Source: Pseudomonadota bacterium
GTDB taxonomy: Bacteria > Desulfobacterota > Desulfovibrionia > Desulfovibrionales > Desulfovibrionaceae
Assembly: GCA_018822065.1 (NCBI GenBank)
Contig: JAHJKV010000170.1
Coordinates: forward strand, 1 to 26,070
DNA length: 26,070 bases
Direction: 5' to 3'
Made by a program: the position numbers and the translations under genes
The notes under the pieces: generated by a model
Databases searched by the model: none
Told to the model about the DNA's origin: nothing
Seen by the model: only the letters and a program-made list of their open reading frames with translations
Shown: positions 8,012 to 16,336 of the stretch, in pieces
Layout: every line of letters begins with the position of its first letter
Numbering within the stretch: position 1 is the first letter of the stretch

Positions 8012-9631
8012 ATGTTTTGCTATCAGTGCGAACAATCCGCCAAAGGCGGCTGCACCAAGATTGGTGTTTGCGGCAAAGACAGTCAGGTTGCCGCTCTTCA
8101 GGACCTGCTCATGTATCTCACCAAAGGCTTGAGCGCCGTGGCCGATTTCGCTCGGGCCAAGGGTGTTGTCGACAATGGGGTGGACGTGTTCGTCACCCGC
8201 GCCGTCTTCTCCACCCTGACCAACGTCAACTTTGATCCGGCTCGCTTTGTCGAATTGGTCAAGGAAGCGGTCAGCCTTCGGGACGGGCTCAAGGCCAAGG
8301 CTGGAATTTCCATCGAGGGAGAAGCCGCTAATTTCGTCCCGGCTGGGGATATGGCTGGAATGGTCTCTCAGGGTGCCGGGCTCGGCATTGAGAATGACCC
8401 CGAGATGGACAAGGACATCATGTCCCTGAAACAAACGGTCATCTTCGGTATCAAGGGTGTTGCCGCTTATGCTGACCACGCGCGCATTCTGGGCCAGGAG
8501 GCAGACGAGGTCTACGCGTTCATCCACAAGGGGCTGGCTGCCACCCTGACTTTGGACAAAGATCTTGGGGCCTGGGTCGAGCTGGCGATGGAGTGCGGCA
8601 ATGCCAACATCAAGGCCATGGAGATACTCGACGCCGGCAATACCGGGACCTATGGCCATCCCGTTCCCACCCCGGTTCCCCTAGGAGCCAAGGCGGGTAA
8701 AGCCATCCTGGTTTCCGGCCATGATTTGAAAGATCTTGCCACCCTGCTCAAACAAACAGAGGGAACGGGGATCAACATCTATACCCACGGCGAGATGCTC
8801 CCCTGCCACGGCTATCCGGAGTTGAAAAAATACGCTCATTTTCATGGCCATTTCGGCACGGCCTGGCAGAACCAGAAAAAGGAATTCGCCGAGTTCCCCG
8901 GTGCCATCCTGATGACCACCAACTGCATCCAGAAGCCTGGCGACTACATGGAGAACCTCTTCACCACCGGCCTGGTGGGCTGGCCCGGGGTCGAGCATGT
9001 GGACAACGGCGATTTCTCTCCGGTTATCGAGAAAGCGCTGTCGATGCCTGGTTTCGCGGCGGATGAGGACAAGGGTCAGGTGCTGACCGGTTTTGGGCGC
9101 ACTGCCGTCCTCGGAGTGGCCGACAAGGTCATTGAGGCCGTCAAGAGCGGTGCCATTCGTCATTTCTTCCTGGTGGCAGGTTGTGACGGTGCCAAGCCCG
9201 GGCGTAACTACTACACCGAATTTGTTGAGAAAGCCCCGGCGGACACCGTGATCCTGACCCTGGCCTGTGGCAAGTTCCGTTTCTTTGACAAGCAGTTAGG
9301 CGACATCGGCGGCATCCCCCGCCTTCTGGACATCGGTCAGTGCAATGACGCTTACTCCGCCGTGCAGATTGCCCTGGCCCTGGCCGATGCCTTCAAATGC
9401 GGCGTCAATGACCTGCCCTTGTCATTGGTGCTTTCCTGGTACGAGCAGAAGGCTGTGGCCATCCTCCTCTCCTTGCTCGCCCTAGGGATCAAGGACATCC
9501 GGCTCGGACCCACCTTGCCTGAGTTCATCACCCCGAATGTGCTCAACTTCCTGGTGGAAAATTATGACATCAAACCCATTACCACTCCAGACGAAGACCT
9601 GGCGACCATTCTCGGCACCTCTGTCGCGTAA
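8012..9631 (+). CDS. hcp: Hybrid cluster protein (hydroxylamine/NO reductase), class I
   Basis: MFCYQCEQSAKGGCTKIGVCGK (Cx2Cx7Cx5C), SGHDL, YTHGEMLPCHGYP, TTNC, GCDG, GQCNDAYSA and SWYEQKA. RBS AAGGAG. Confidence 0.98.
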   Translation: MFCYQCEQSAKGGCTKIGVCGKDSQVAALQDLLMYLTKGLSAVADFARAKGVVDNGVDVFVTRAVFSTLTNVNFDPARFVELVKEAVSLRDGLKAKAGISIEGEAANFVPAGDMAGMVSQGAGLGIENDPEMDKDIMSLKQTVIFGIKGVAAYADHARILGQEADEVYAFIHKGLAATLTLDKDLGAWVELAMECGNANIKAMEILDAGNTGTYGHPVPTPVPLGAKAGKAILVSGHDLKDLATLLKQTEGTGINIYTHGEMLPCHGYPELKKYAHFHGHFGTAWQNQKKEFAEFPGAILMTTNCIQKPGDYMENLFTTGLVGWPGVEHVDNGDFSPVIEKALSMPGFAADEDKGQVLTGFGRTAVLGVADKVIEAVKSGAIRHFFLVAGCDGAKPGRNYYTEFVEKAPADTVILTLACGKFRFFDKQLGDIGGIPRLLDIGQCNDAYSAVQIALALADAFKCGVNDLPLSLVLSWYEQKAVAILLSLLALGIKDIRLGPTLPEFITPNVLNFLVENYDIKPITTPDEDLATILGTSVA

Positions 9632-9656
9632 GGATTAGCCTGTCCACACATGAGAG

Positions 9657-9690
9657 AGGGGGCGCAGAATATTGCGCCCCCTTTTGGTTT
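9657..9690 (+). terminator. Rho-independent terminator after hcp
   Basis: agggggcgca-gaatat-tgcgccccct followed by tttggttt. Confidence 0.88.
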
Positions 9691-9812
9691 TATGCTTACC
9701 GAAAACGTATCGGTTAATGTTAGGGCCTTGGCATTCAAAATTCGCAGGTGAAGATGATGCGTGTCGTCATAGGGTTGACAGGAAGGCGGCAAACTGGCAA
9801 AAGATTAAAAAC

Positions 9813-9827
9813 TAGGAATTATTCCTA
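9813..9827 (+). promoter_or_regulatory. Fur/PerR-family 7-1-7 operator candidate upstream of rubrerythrin
   Basis: Perfect palindrome TAGGAAT-T-ATTCCTA in an AT-rich stretch, ending 21 nt before the ATG. Confidence 0.65.
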
Positions 9828-9848
9828 CTAAATAACAAGGAGCAATAT

Positions 9849-10343
9849 ATGTCCACATCCAATGAAAATCTTGCTGCCGCGTTTGCTGGCGAGTCCCAGG
9901 CCAACAGGAAATACCTTGCCTTTGCTGAAAAGGCGGACAAGGAAGGCTACGGCGCTGTTGCCAAACTTTTCCGGGCCGCAGCTGCTGCCGAGACCATCCA
10001 TGCTCACGCCCACTTGCGGGCCATGAAGGGCGTTGGGACCACGGAGGAGAACCTGAAGGCTGCGATTTCAGGCGAGACCTTCGAGTTTGAATCCATGTAT
10101 CCTCCGATGATCGAGACCGCTATCGCCGAGGGCCACAAACAGGCCGAGCGGAGCTTCCGTTTTGCCAACGAAGTGGAAAAAGTCCATGCTGATCTCTATG
10201 CCAAGGCATTGGAAAATATTGAAAAAGGTGGAAATCCAGACTACCATGTCTGTAGTGTATGTGGTCATACCATCGACGGCACGACCACGGAAAGGTGTCC
10301 GGTGTGCGGTGCCGATCCCAAGGCCTTCTTCAAGGTCGACTAG
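9849..10343 (+). CDS. rbr: Rubrerythrin (di-iron domain plus C-terminal rubredoxin-like domain)
   Basis: NLAAAFAGESQANRKY, AETIHA, GETFE and VEKVHA; CSVCG...CPVCG. RBS AAGGAG. Confidence 0.96.
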   Translation: MSTSNENLAAAFAGESQANRKYLAFAEKADKEGYGAVAKLFRAAAAAETIHAHAHLRAMKGVGTTEENLKAAISGETFEFESMYPPMIETAIAEGHKQAERSFRFANEVEKVHADLYAKALENIEKGGNPDYHVCSVCGHTIDGTTTERCPVCGADPKAFFKVD

Positions 10344-10366
10344 CTGGTTTGACACAGACGATACCG

Positions 10367-10400
10367 AAGGCTCCTGCATCACTGCAGGGGCCTTTCTTGT
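10367..10400. terminator. Terminator hairpin between rbr and the convergent hybrid kinase
   Basis: aaggctcctgca-tcac-tgcaggggcctt followed by tcttgt. Confidence 0.82.
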
Positions 10401-12967
10401 TATTGGGGCGAAGGGGGAGGGGTGTCTACGTAGCGGATTTCTGCCTGGAGGAGCATTTGACGGGCGTTTTCAAGATGCGCAGGTATGGCCTCCAGCCTGT
10501 TTTCATGGATCAGGTGTTCGATGTGCAGAAAGATGGCCGCCAGTTGTTTGAGTCCGTATCCACCAAAGGTGCCTTTGAAGGTGTGGGCCTGCCTGCGAAG
10601 TCCGTCCACATCTCCACGCTGGTGGACCTCCGACAGGTTCAACAATTCCTTTTCCGTGCTTTCGATCAGCTTCGGCATGATGGATCGGAATACCGAGTCC
10701 ACGTAAAAAACCGTCGGGGGCGTTGCCTGGGTCATGGGTTCGTTGTCGCCGACGTCCTGCAATATCTCCAGTAGATCCTTTTTGCGGATCGGCTTGGGGA
10801 GGAAGTTTGAAAATCCCATGGCCAGGCATTTGGTCCTGGTCTCCTTGAGAACATCGGCCGTGATAGCGATGATGGGGCTGATGGGGCGGCTGTTGTCGGT
10901 TTGCCAGGTCCGGATTTTTCGTGCGGCTTCGAAGCCGTCCATAACCGGCATTTGCAAGTCCATGAGGATGGCGTTGTAATGGTTGGCCTTGACCAGGGCC
11001 AGGGCTTCGCTCCCGTTGACCGCCTCATCGATGACGGCTTCACAATGCTTGAGGTAGAGTTTGACCAGTTCCCTGTTGGCGTCTGAATCCTCCACCAGGA
11101 GCAACCGCATGGGGCCGATGTGGATCGGTGTGTCCGTTATGGTAGGTGTGGTCGTCGACACGACATTAGAACTGAGCAGGTCAAGCAGTCTGTTACGCAA
11201 AACCAATGGTTTCACTGGCTTGCGCACGATGGAAGCCGTGCCGAAAGCGTTGGTCGTTTTCCGTTCGTCAATGTTTTCGCTCCCCACGAGCAGGATCGTG
11301 TGCGGTGTGTGTTTGCCGGTGCTGGCCAACTGCTGCGCAAGCGGATCCCAGTCGTCAGGTTGTAGCAACATATCCAGGATGACGGCGCGGAAAGGCGGGG
11401 ATGTCCTTGTGACGAGGTCATGTGCGAATTTGAAGCTGGGAGCCTGACTCGGTAGTGCTCCCCAGCCCTGGAGCATCTCGCTCAGGTGGAGGCGGCGGAT
11501 GGGGTTGGGCGAAATAAGGAGAATCGGAACGCCCTGGAGGTCGGGAAGCAGATTTTCCTGTGGGTCCTGGTCCGTGGAGGGGGGGAGGTGGACCGCGAAG
11601 GAGAAGGTGGCGCCCTGATTGGGGATTGATGCTACGGATATCTTCCCTTTCATCAGTTCCACCAGTCGCTTCGAGATGGACAAACCGAGGCCGGTGCCCC
11701 CGTATTGCCGGGTGGTGGAGACATCTGCCTGGGAGAACATCTGAAAGATGCTGTGCTGCCGGTCTTCTGGGATGCCGATGCCCGTATCCTGAATCGTAAA
11801 GTGGATGATATCGTCCTCGCCGGGGTCCACCAGGAGAGTGATGTTTCCGTGCTGGGTGAATTTTGTCGCATTTCCAAGCAGGTTGACAAGAACCTGGCAG
11901 AGTCTGGTCTGGTCGCCGATCACTTCGCGGGGGAGTTCCGGATGGACCCGGACGGCCAGGTCGAGGTTTTTCTGATGAATTTTGAAGACGACCATGTCGC
12001 AGGCGGTTTCCACGATATTGCGTAGCTCGAAGGGGATCCGTTCGAGGTTCATTTGTCCGGATTCGATCTTGGAAATGTCCAGGATGTCATCAATGGTCTC
12101 CAGCAGGGCTTGGCCTGAATTGGTCAGGGTGCTGATGTAGTCCCGCTGTTCCTGGGTGAGCTGGTCTGATTCGGAGAGCAGTTCCGCCATCCCCAGGATG
12201 GAATTCATGGGAGTGCGAATCTCGTGGATCATGTTGGCGAGGAAGGCTGTTTTCATCTGACTGGCCCTGGTCAGGGCCTGTTCCTGTTCGGCCAAAGTTA
12301 TCAGCAGGTGGTTGTAGTTTTTGATGACTTGTCCAAGCTCGTCCGGTGATTCCCAGTTGACCGGAAGGCGGATTTGTTTTTCGTCCGCCAGCCGGATCGC
12401 CCTTGAGAAGCGATCGAGGGGGATGCCGATGGTTCGTCTGTAGCCGAGCATGACCAGACCGACGAAGATGATCAAGAGCATGGTCAAGAGCAGGAGCGCC
12501 CGGATCAGATTTTCCTGGAGAGTGGCGCGGATGCGGTCTGTTGAAGGATAGAGAAGCAATTCTCCGACATGGCTCTTCCCCTGGAAGGTGTTGAACAGGA
12601 TGTCCCGGTGCACGGCTGGGACAAAGAAGATGCTCTCTTCTTCGGTGGTGGTGCCGATGGATTTGAGTTCCTTCCCATGTTCGTCCAGAACCACGGCGCC
12701 CTTGATGTCGGAGTCAAGCAGAAGCGACTCCAGGCTCAGGCCAACGTAGTCCAGGTCGAAGTTCCACAATGGCTTGGAGAGGGCCTCGGCCTTGACGTTG
12801 ACGATGTTTTCAAGCCGTTGGGTCAGACTGTTGGAGAGGTCTTTGAACACAAACCAAGCGGAAAGCATGCCGTAAATCAGGTAGGTTATGAACAACAGGG
12901 GGAGAACAAGCAGCAGAAATCTGTTTCTGAGTGATTTTCTGTTGGCTCCAAGGGTGAGGCCCGGCAT
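10400..12967 (-). CDS. Membrane hybrid sensor kinase: TM-periplasmic domain-TM-HAMP-HisKA-HATPase-REC(degenerate)-REC-HPt, about 855 aa
   Basis: ATG 12967 with GGAG 7 nt upstream; [14 protein letters not shown]; [10 protein letters not shown]; DTGIGI; GGTGLGL; LVEDS...[11 protein letters not shown]; HPt AHTFKG. Confidence 0.93.
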   Translation of the reverse strand: MPGLTLGANRKSLRNRFLLLVLPLLFITYLIYGMLSAWFVFKDLSNSLTQRLENIVNVKAEALSKPLWNFDLDYVGLSLESLLLDSDIKGAVVLDEHGKELKSIGTTTEEESIFFVPAVHRDILFNTFQGKSHVGELLLYPSTDRIRATLQENLIRALLLLTMLLIIFVGLVMLGYRRTIGIPLDRFSRAIRLADEKQIRLPVNWESPDELGQVIKNYNHLLITLAEQEQALTRASQMKTAFLANMIHEIRTPMNSILGMAELLSESDQLTQEQRDYISTLTNSGQALLETIDDILDISKIESGQMNLERIPFELRNIVETACDMVVFKIHQKNLDLAVRVHPELPREVIGDQTRLCQVLVNLLGNATKFTQHGNITLLVDPGEDDIIHFTIQDTGIGIPEDRQHSIFQMFSQADVSTTRQYGGTGLGLSISKRLVELMKGKISVASIPNQGATFSFAVHLPPSTDQDPQENLLPDLQGVPILLISPNPIRRLHLSEMLQGWGALPSQAPSFKFAHDLVTRTSPPFRAVILDMLLQPDDWDPLAQQLASTGKHTPHTILLVGSENIDERKTTNAFGTASIVRKPVKPLVLRNRLLDLLSSNVVSTTTPTITDTPIHIGPMRLLLVEDSDANRELVKLYLKHCEAVIDEAVNGSEALALVKANHYNAILMDLQMPVMDGFEAARKIRTWQTDNSRPISPIIAITADVLKETRTKCLAMGFSNFLPKPIRKKDLLEILQDVGDNEPMTQATPPTVFYVDSVFRSIMPKLIESTEKELLNLSEVHQRGDVDGLRRQAHTFKGTFGGYGLKQLAAIFLHIEHLIHENRLEAIPAHLENARQMLLQAEIRYVDTPPPSPQ

Positions 12968-13114
12968 GCCATATCTCCACGCGTGGTCGCCCTGTCGCGG
13001 ATGTTCACCAGCAATCGCCCGCGACAAGGGGCCATCTGCACTGGAACGATCCTCGGATGAGGCTGTTTCTTGTTCAGATACCAGCCTTTGAAGGTCCAGT
13101 AAAGGAGGTGCGGC

Positions 13115-14215
13115 CTAGTTGAATATCTCTCGATACTGTGCATACCCCTGTGTTTCCAACTCTTCCACCGGGACGAAGTGCAGTGCGGCGGAATTGATGC
13201 AGTAGCGCAGGCCTGTCGAGGGCGGGCCGTCCGGGAACACATGTCCCAGGTGCGAATCGCCTTGCGCGCTGCGAACCTCGGTGCGAGTCGTGAAGAAGCT
13301 GTTGTCCGAACGCTCGATGATGTTATCCTTTTCCAGAGGCCGGTCGAAGCTTGGCCAGCCCGTCCCGGAATCGTACTTGTTGGTGGAACTGAACAAGGGT
13401 TCCCTGGAGACGATGTCCACGTAAATTCCCGGCTTCTTGTTGTTCCAGTACTGGTTGTCAAAGGCCGGTTCCGTCCCCTCCTTCTGCGTCACCTTGTATT
13501 GCAGTTCGGTGAGCTTGGCCCGGAGTTCTTCCTGGGAGGGCTTGACCCAGGACTGTTGCTTTGGTGCACTCTGCGCGGGCTTTGCCAGGGGCGGGACAGA
13601 GCCCCAATGCTCCTCGATGAACTGGTCGCGACCGGAGAAATGGCGGTAGGTCTTATACCGGGTGGTATGGGTCTTATAGTAGTCCTGGTGGTAGTCTTCC
13701 GCCTTGTAGAAGTTTGTAAAAGGAATAATTTCAGTTGCGAGTTCATTCTTAAATACGCCTGAAATTTGAAGATCTTCCTTTGATTCTTCCGCAACAACAC
13801 GTTGTTCTTCATTGTGGTAGAAGATGGCAGAGGTGTACTGGAATCCCCGGTCCCCGAAGCTGCCGTCCGGGTCGGTGGGGTCGATGTGTCGCCAGAAGGC
13901 ATTCAGAATTTCGGCATAGCTTATTATGGCGGGATCGAAGTGGACCTGCACGGCTTCCCGGTGGCCGGTGCGGCCTGTTCCGATCTGCTCATAGCTGGGA
14001 TTGTCGAGACTGCCCCCGGCATAGCCGGAGATGACCTCGGCAACGCCAGGGAGCTTTTCCAGGTCAGATTCCACGCACCAGAAGCATCCACCTGCCAGGG
14101 TGGCGAGTTCAAGTGTGCTCGTATTCATGGCCTTCTCCGTTGTGTCTGTATCGCCTCCTGCGGCCTGGCAACCCAGCAGCGTCAGGGCGAAAATTGCTAA
14201 GAGCAACGTTCTCAT
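13115..14215 (-). CDS. msrAB: Bifunctional methionine sulfoxide reductase MsrA-MsrB with a lipoprotein signal
   Basis: AGGCFWC and AEDYHQDY (MsrA); [21 protein letters not shown] and RYCINSAAL (MsrB); lipobox LLGC at residue 16; RBS GGAGG. Confidence 0.96.
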   Translation of the reverse strand: MRTLLLAIFALTLLGCQAAGGDTDTTEKAMNTSTLELATLAGGCFWCVESDLEKLPGVAEVISGYAGGSLDNPSYEQIGTGRTGHREAVQVHFDPAIISYAEILNAFWRHIDPTDPDGSFGDRGFQYTSAIFYHNEEQRVVAEESKEDLQISGVFKNELATEIIPFTNFYKAEDYHQDYYKTHTTRYKTYRHFSGRDQFIEEHWGSVPPLAKPAQSAPKQQSWVKPSQEELRAKLTELQYKVTQKEGTEPAFDNQYWNNKKPGIYVDIVSREPLFSSTNKYDSGTGWPSFDRPLEKDNIIERSDNSFFTTRTEVRSAQGDSHLGHVFPDGPPSTGLRYCINSAALHFVPVEELETQGYAQYREIFN

Positions 14216-14552
14216 GTGTACCTCCGAGGGTTCACAGCGCAGGGGAGTGCGCCTGTATCGTCATTTTTGGGCAGAAACCCTTACAACGAGATAAGGCTGC
14301 AACAGGAAAAGTAAAGATGGGGGCGGGTTCAGGCCTTGGTGTGGCCCCAGGGGCAGGCCCACGGGGTCAGATAGGCCTAGCGGTGGCGCAGAGCAAAATA
14401 GCTGTAAATGAGACACAGCAGCAACGCGCCGAAAAAGCGAGACAAAACCGAGGGAAAAACCTGCTGTGCATGCTTCGTTCCAGTGACTATTCCAAGCTAT
14501 CACAAAGTGCGAGGTCGCCACGTGGTTTCCTTTGCGCGTCGGGAAAAATGTA

Positions 14553-15149
14553 TCAGCAGACCAACGAGACCGCCACGAGCCACATGGTCAGGCCAACTGC
14601 ACCCTCCAGGACGCGCCAGGTGACGGCTTTTGTGAACAGGGGGGCGAGCAGTCTTCCCCCGGCAGCGAGGCTGAAAAACCAGGCAAAGGACGCGATCACG
14701 GCCCCAAGGCCGAAGAACAGTCTATCCGCACTGGCATACCGGCCGCTGATGGACCCGAGAAGGAGGACGGTATCGAGATACACATGAGGATTGAGGAGTG
14801 TCAGGGCCAGGGTGAGGGCGAGCACCTTGTAGAGCGACTGGGGAGCGGCGGCCTGGGCCTTGAGACTTCCCCCCTGGAAGGCGGACCAGAATGCACGGAG
14901 CCCATAGGCGAAGAGAAAGGCCGCTCCTGCCCAGGTGGTGGTTTTCACCAGCGTGGGATGACTCGACACCAGCGCTCCCATGCCGCAGACGCCAAGGACG
15001 ATCAGGGCAGCATCGCAGAGGCTGCACACCAGGGCCACGACCAGGTGATGTTCGCGGCGAACCCCCTGGGAGAGTACAAAGGCATTTTGAGCCCCGATGG
15101 CGATGATCAGGCTTGCCCCCATGGCAAAACCCTGGAGAAGTGGCAGCAT
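14553..15149 (-). CDS. lysE: LysE/ArgO family amino-acid exporter
   Basis: GASLIIAIGAQNAFVLSQG and TLLNPHVYLDT; hydrophobic; RBS AAGGA. Confidence 0.95.
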   Translation of the reverse strand: MLPLLQGFAMGASLIIAIGAQNAFVLSQGVRREHHLVVALVCSLCDAALIVLGVCGMGALVSSHPTLVKTTTWAGAAFLFAYGLRAFWSAFQGGSLKAQAAAPQSLYKVLALTLALTLLNPHVYLDTVLLLGSISGRYASADRLFFGLGAVIASFAWFFSLAAGGRLLAPLFTKAVTWRVLEGAVGLTMWLVAVSLVC

Positions 15150-15204
15150 GTTTTCACGTCCTTTGGAAGAATATCGGCTCCAGAAAGACTAGGGCAGCAA
15201 GGAA

Positions 15205-15250
15205 AAGCAGTAAAGCTAATTGTTTTCATGTCAGATAAATTATGCTAATG
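15205..15250. promoter_or_regulatory. AT-rich divergent control region with candidate LysR-type (ArgP/LysG) sites
   Basis: Minus-strand TTAG-N5-CTGC (15207-15219) and ATAA-N5-CTGA (15231-15243); gctaat occurs twice. Confidence 0.4.
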
Positions 15251-15258
15251 ACCATCGC

Positions 15259-16182
15259 ATGCTGGACTACAAACTTGTGGAAGCCCTGGCCATGGTCGTG
15301 CGTGAGGGCGGTTTTGAAAAAGCGGCCAGGGCCATGCATCTGACGCAGTCGGCGGTATCCCAGCGGGTCAAGCTGCTGGAGGACCAGACAGGGCAGGTGC
15401 TTTTGGTGCGCTCCACGCCGCCGCAGGCCACCGGGGCGGGGTCGGAGGTGCTCAAGCACTACCGGCAGGTGGAACGGCTGGAGGGAGACCTGGCAGAGGC
15501 CATGGCACCGGATCGGGCCGGTGCGCTAGAGGTGCTTCCCATCGGGGTGAACGCTGACAGCCTGTCCACGTGGTTTCTGGATGCGGTGCGACCAATTTTG
15601 CGCACTCGTAAACTGCTGCTGGATCTGAGCGTGGATGATCAGGAGCAGACGCACAACATGCTCAAGAGAGGCGAGGTCGTGGGATGTGTGAGTGCACGGG
15701 TGACCCCGGTGCAAGGGTGTCTGGCCACCTGTCTCGGAAGAATGGTCTATCGACTGCTGGCCACCCCTGGGTTTGTAGCCGCGTGGTTCGCTGATGGTTT
15801 TACTCCGGAAGCGGCCAGGATCGCCCCTGCCGTGATTTTCGACCGCAAGGACGACATGCACAACAAAGTGTTGGTGCGGGCATTTGGAGAAGTGCCGGGG
15901 AAGGTGCCGACCCATTATATCCCATCCTCGGAGAAATTTCTGGATATGGTCGTGTCCGGTTTTGGTTACGGCATGGTTCCGGACTATCAGAGCGAACAAC
16001 TCCGCGAGGCTGGGGCCTTGATCGATGTTGCCCCAGGATTCGCTGTTCCGGTTGACCTGTACTGGCACTGTTGGAACATCGGCTCCCCACTGCTTGAAGA
16101 GTTCAGCAAAGCCCTCTTTGAGCACGCCTGGATGGTGCTTGCCAATCCTTCGGAGGAGACTGGACCTTTTGGTCCGGTTTAG
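15259..16182 (+). CDS. lysG: LysR-family regulator, ArgP/LysG type
   Basis: MLDYKLVEAL...FEKAARAMHLTQSAVSQRVKLLE, IGVNADSLSTWF and LYWHCW; divergent from lysE. Confidence 0.95.
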   Translation: MLDYKLVEALAMVVREGGFEKAARAMHLTQSAVSQRVKLLEDQTGQVLLVRSTPPQATGAGSEVLKHYRQVERLEGDLAEAMAPDRAGALEVLPIGVNADSLSTWFLDAVRPILRTRKLLLDLSVDDQEQTHNMLKRGEVVGCVSARVTPVQGCLATCLGRMVYRLLATPGFVAAWFADGFTPEAARIAPAVIFDRKDDMHNKVLVRAFGEVPGKVPTHYIPSSEKFLDMVVSGFGYGMVPDYQSEQLREAGALIDVAPGFAVPVDLYWHCWNIGSPLLEEFSKALFEHAWMVLANPSEETGPFGPV

Positions 16183-16290
16183 GAGGCTGCCAGTCATTGG
16201 CGTGCCATTGTGAGTAACCGTACCGCAGGACTCATCCAGCTTGTGCCTTGCCCCTCCATCCTCGAAGCTGTCCAAGAATGCATGAAACCA

Positions 16291-16317
16291 AGAAAGCCCG
16301 GCCTGACCGGGCTTTCT
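16291..16317. terminator. Bidirectional terminator candidate between lysG and the cyclase
   Basis: Perfect 11-bp stem agaaagcccgg-cctga-ccgggctttct. Confidence 0.85.
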
Positions 16318-16336
16318 CATGACCAAGAGAAGAGGG

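Noticed and set aside
9775-9780. Perfect TTGACA upstream of rbr as a promoter
   Set aside because: No acceptable -10 hexamer at 16-18 nt spacing.
12886-13461. 191-aa same-strand ORF overlapping the msrAB 3' end and the kinase start
   Set aside because: It is an alternative frame of two well-supported genes; msrAB ends normally, so there is no sign of a frameshift.
14241-14300. yybP-ykoY (Mn) riboswitch-like words AGGGGAGT...TCGTCAT...CGAGA on the + strand
   Set aside because: It lacks the closing GAGACC pairing and is antisense to msrAB, with no sense gene downstream.
14261-14521. 86-aa ORF in the lysE-msrAB gap
   Set aside because: No RBS, Leu/Pro-rich non-protein-like composition and no motif.
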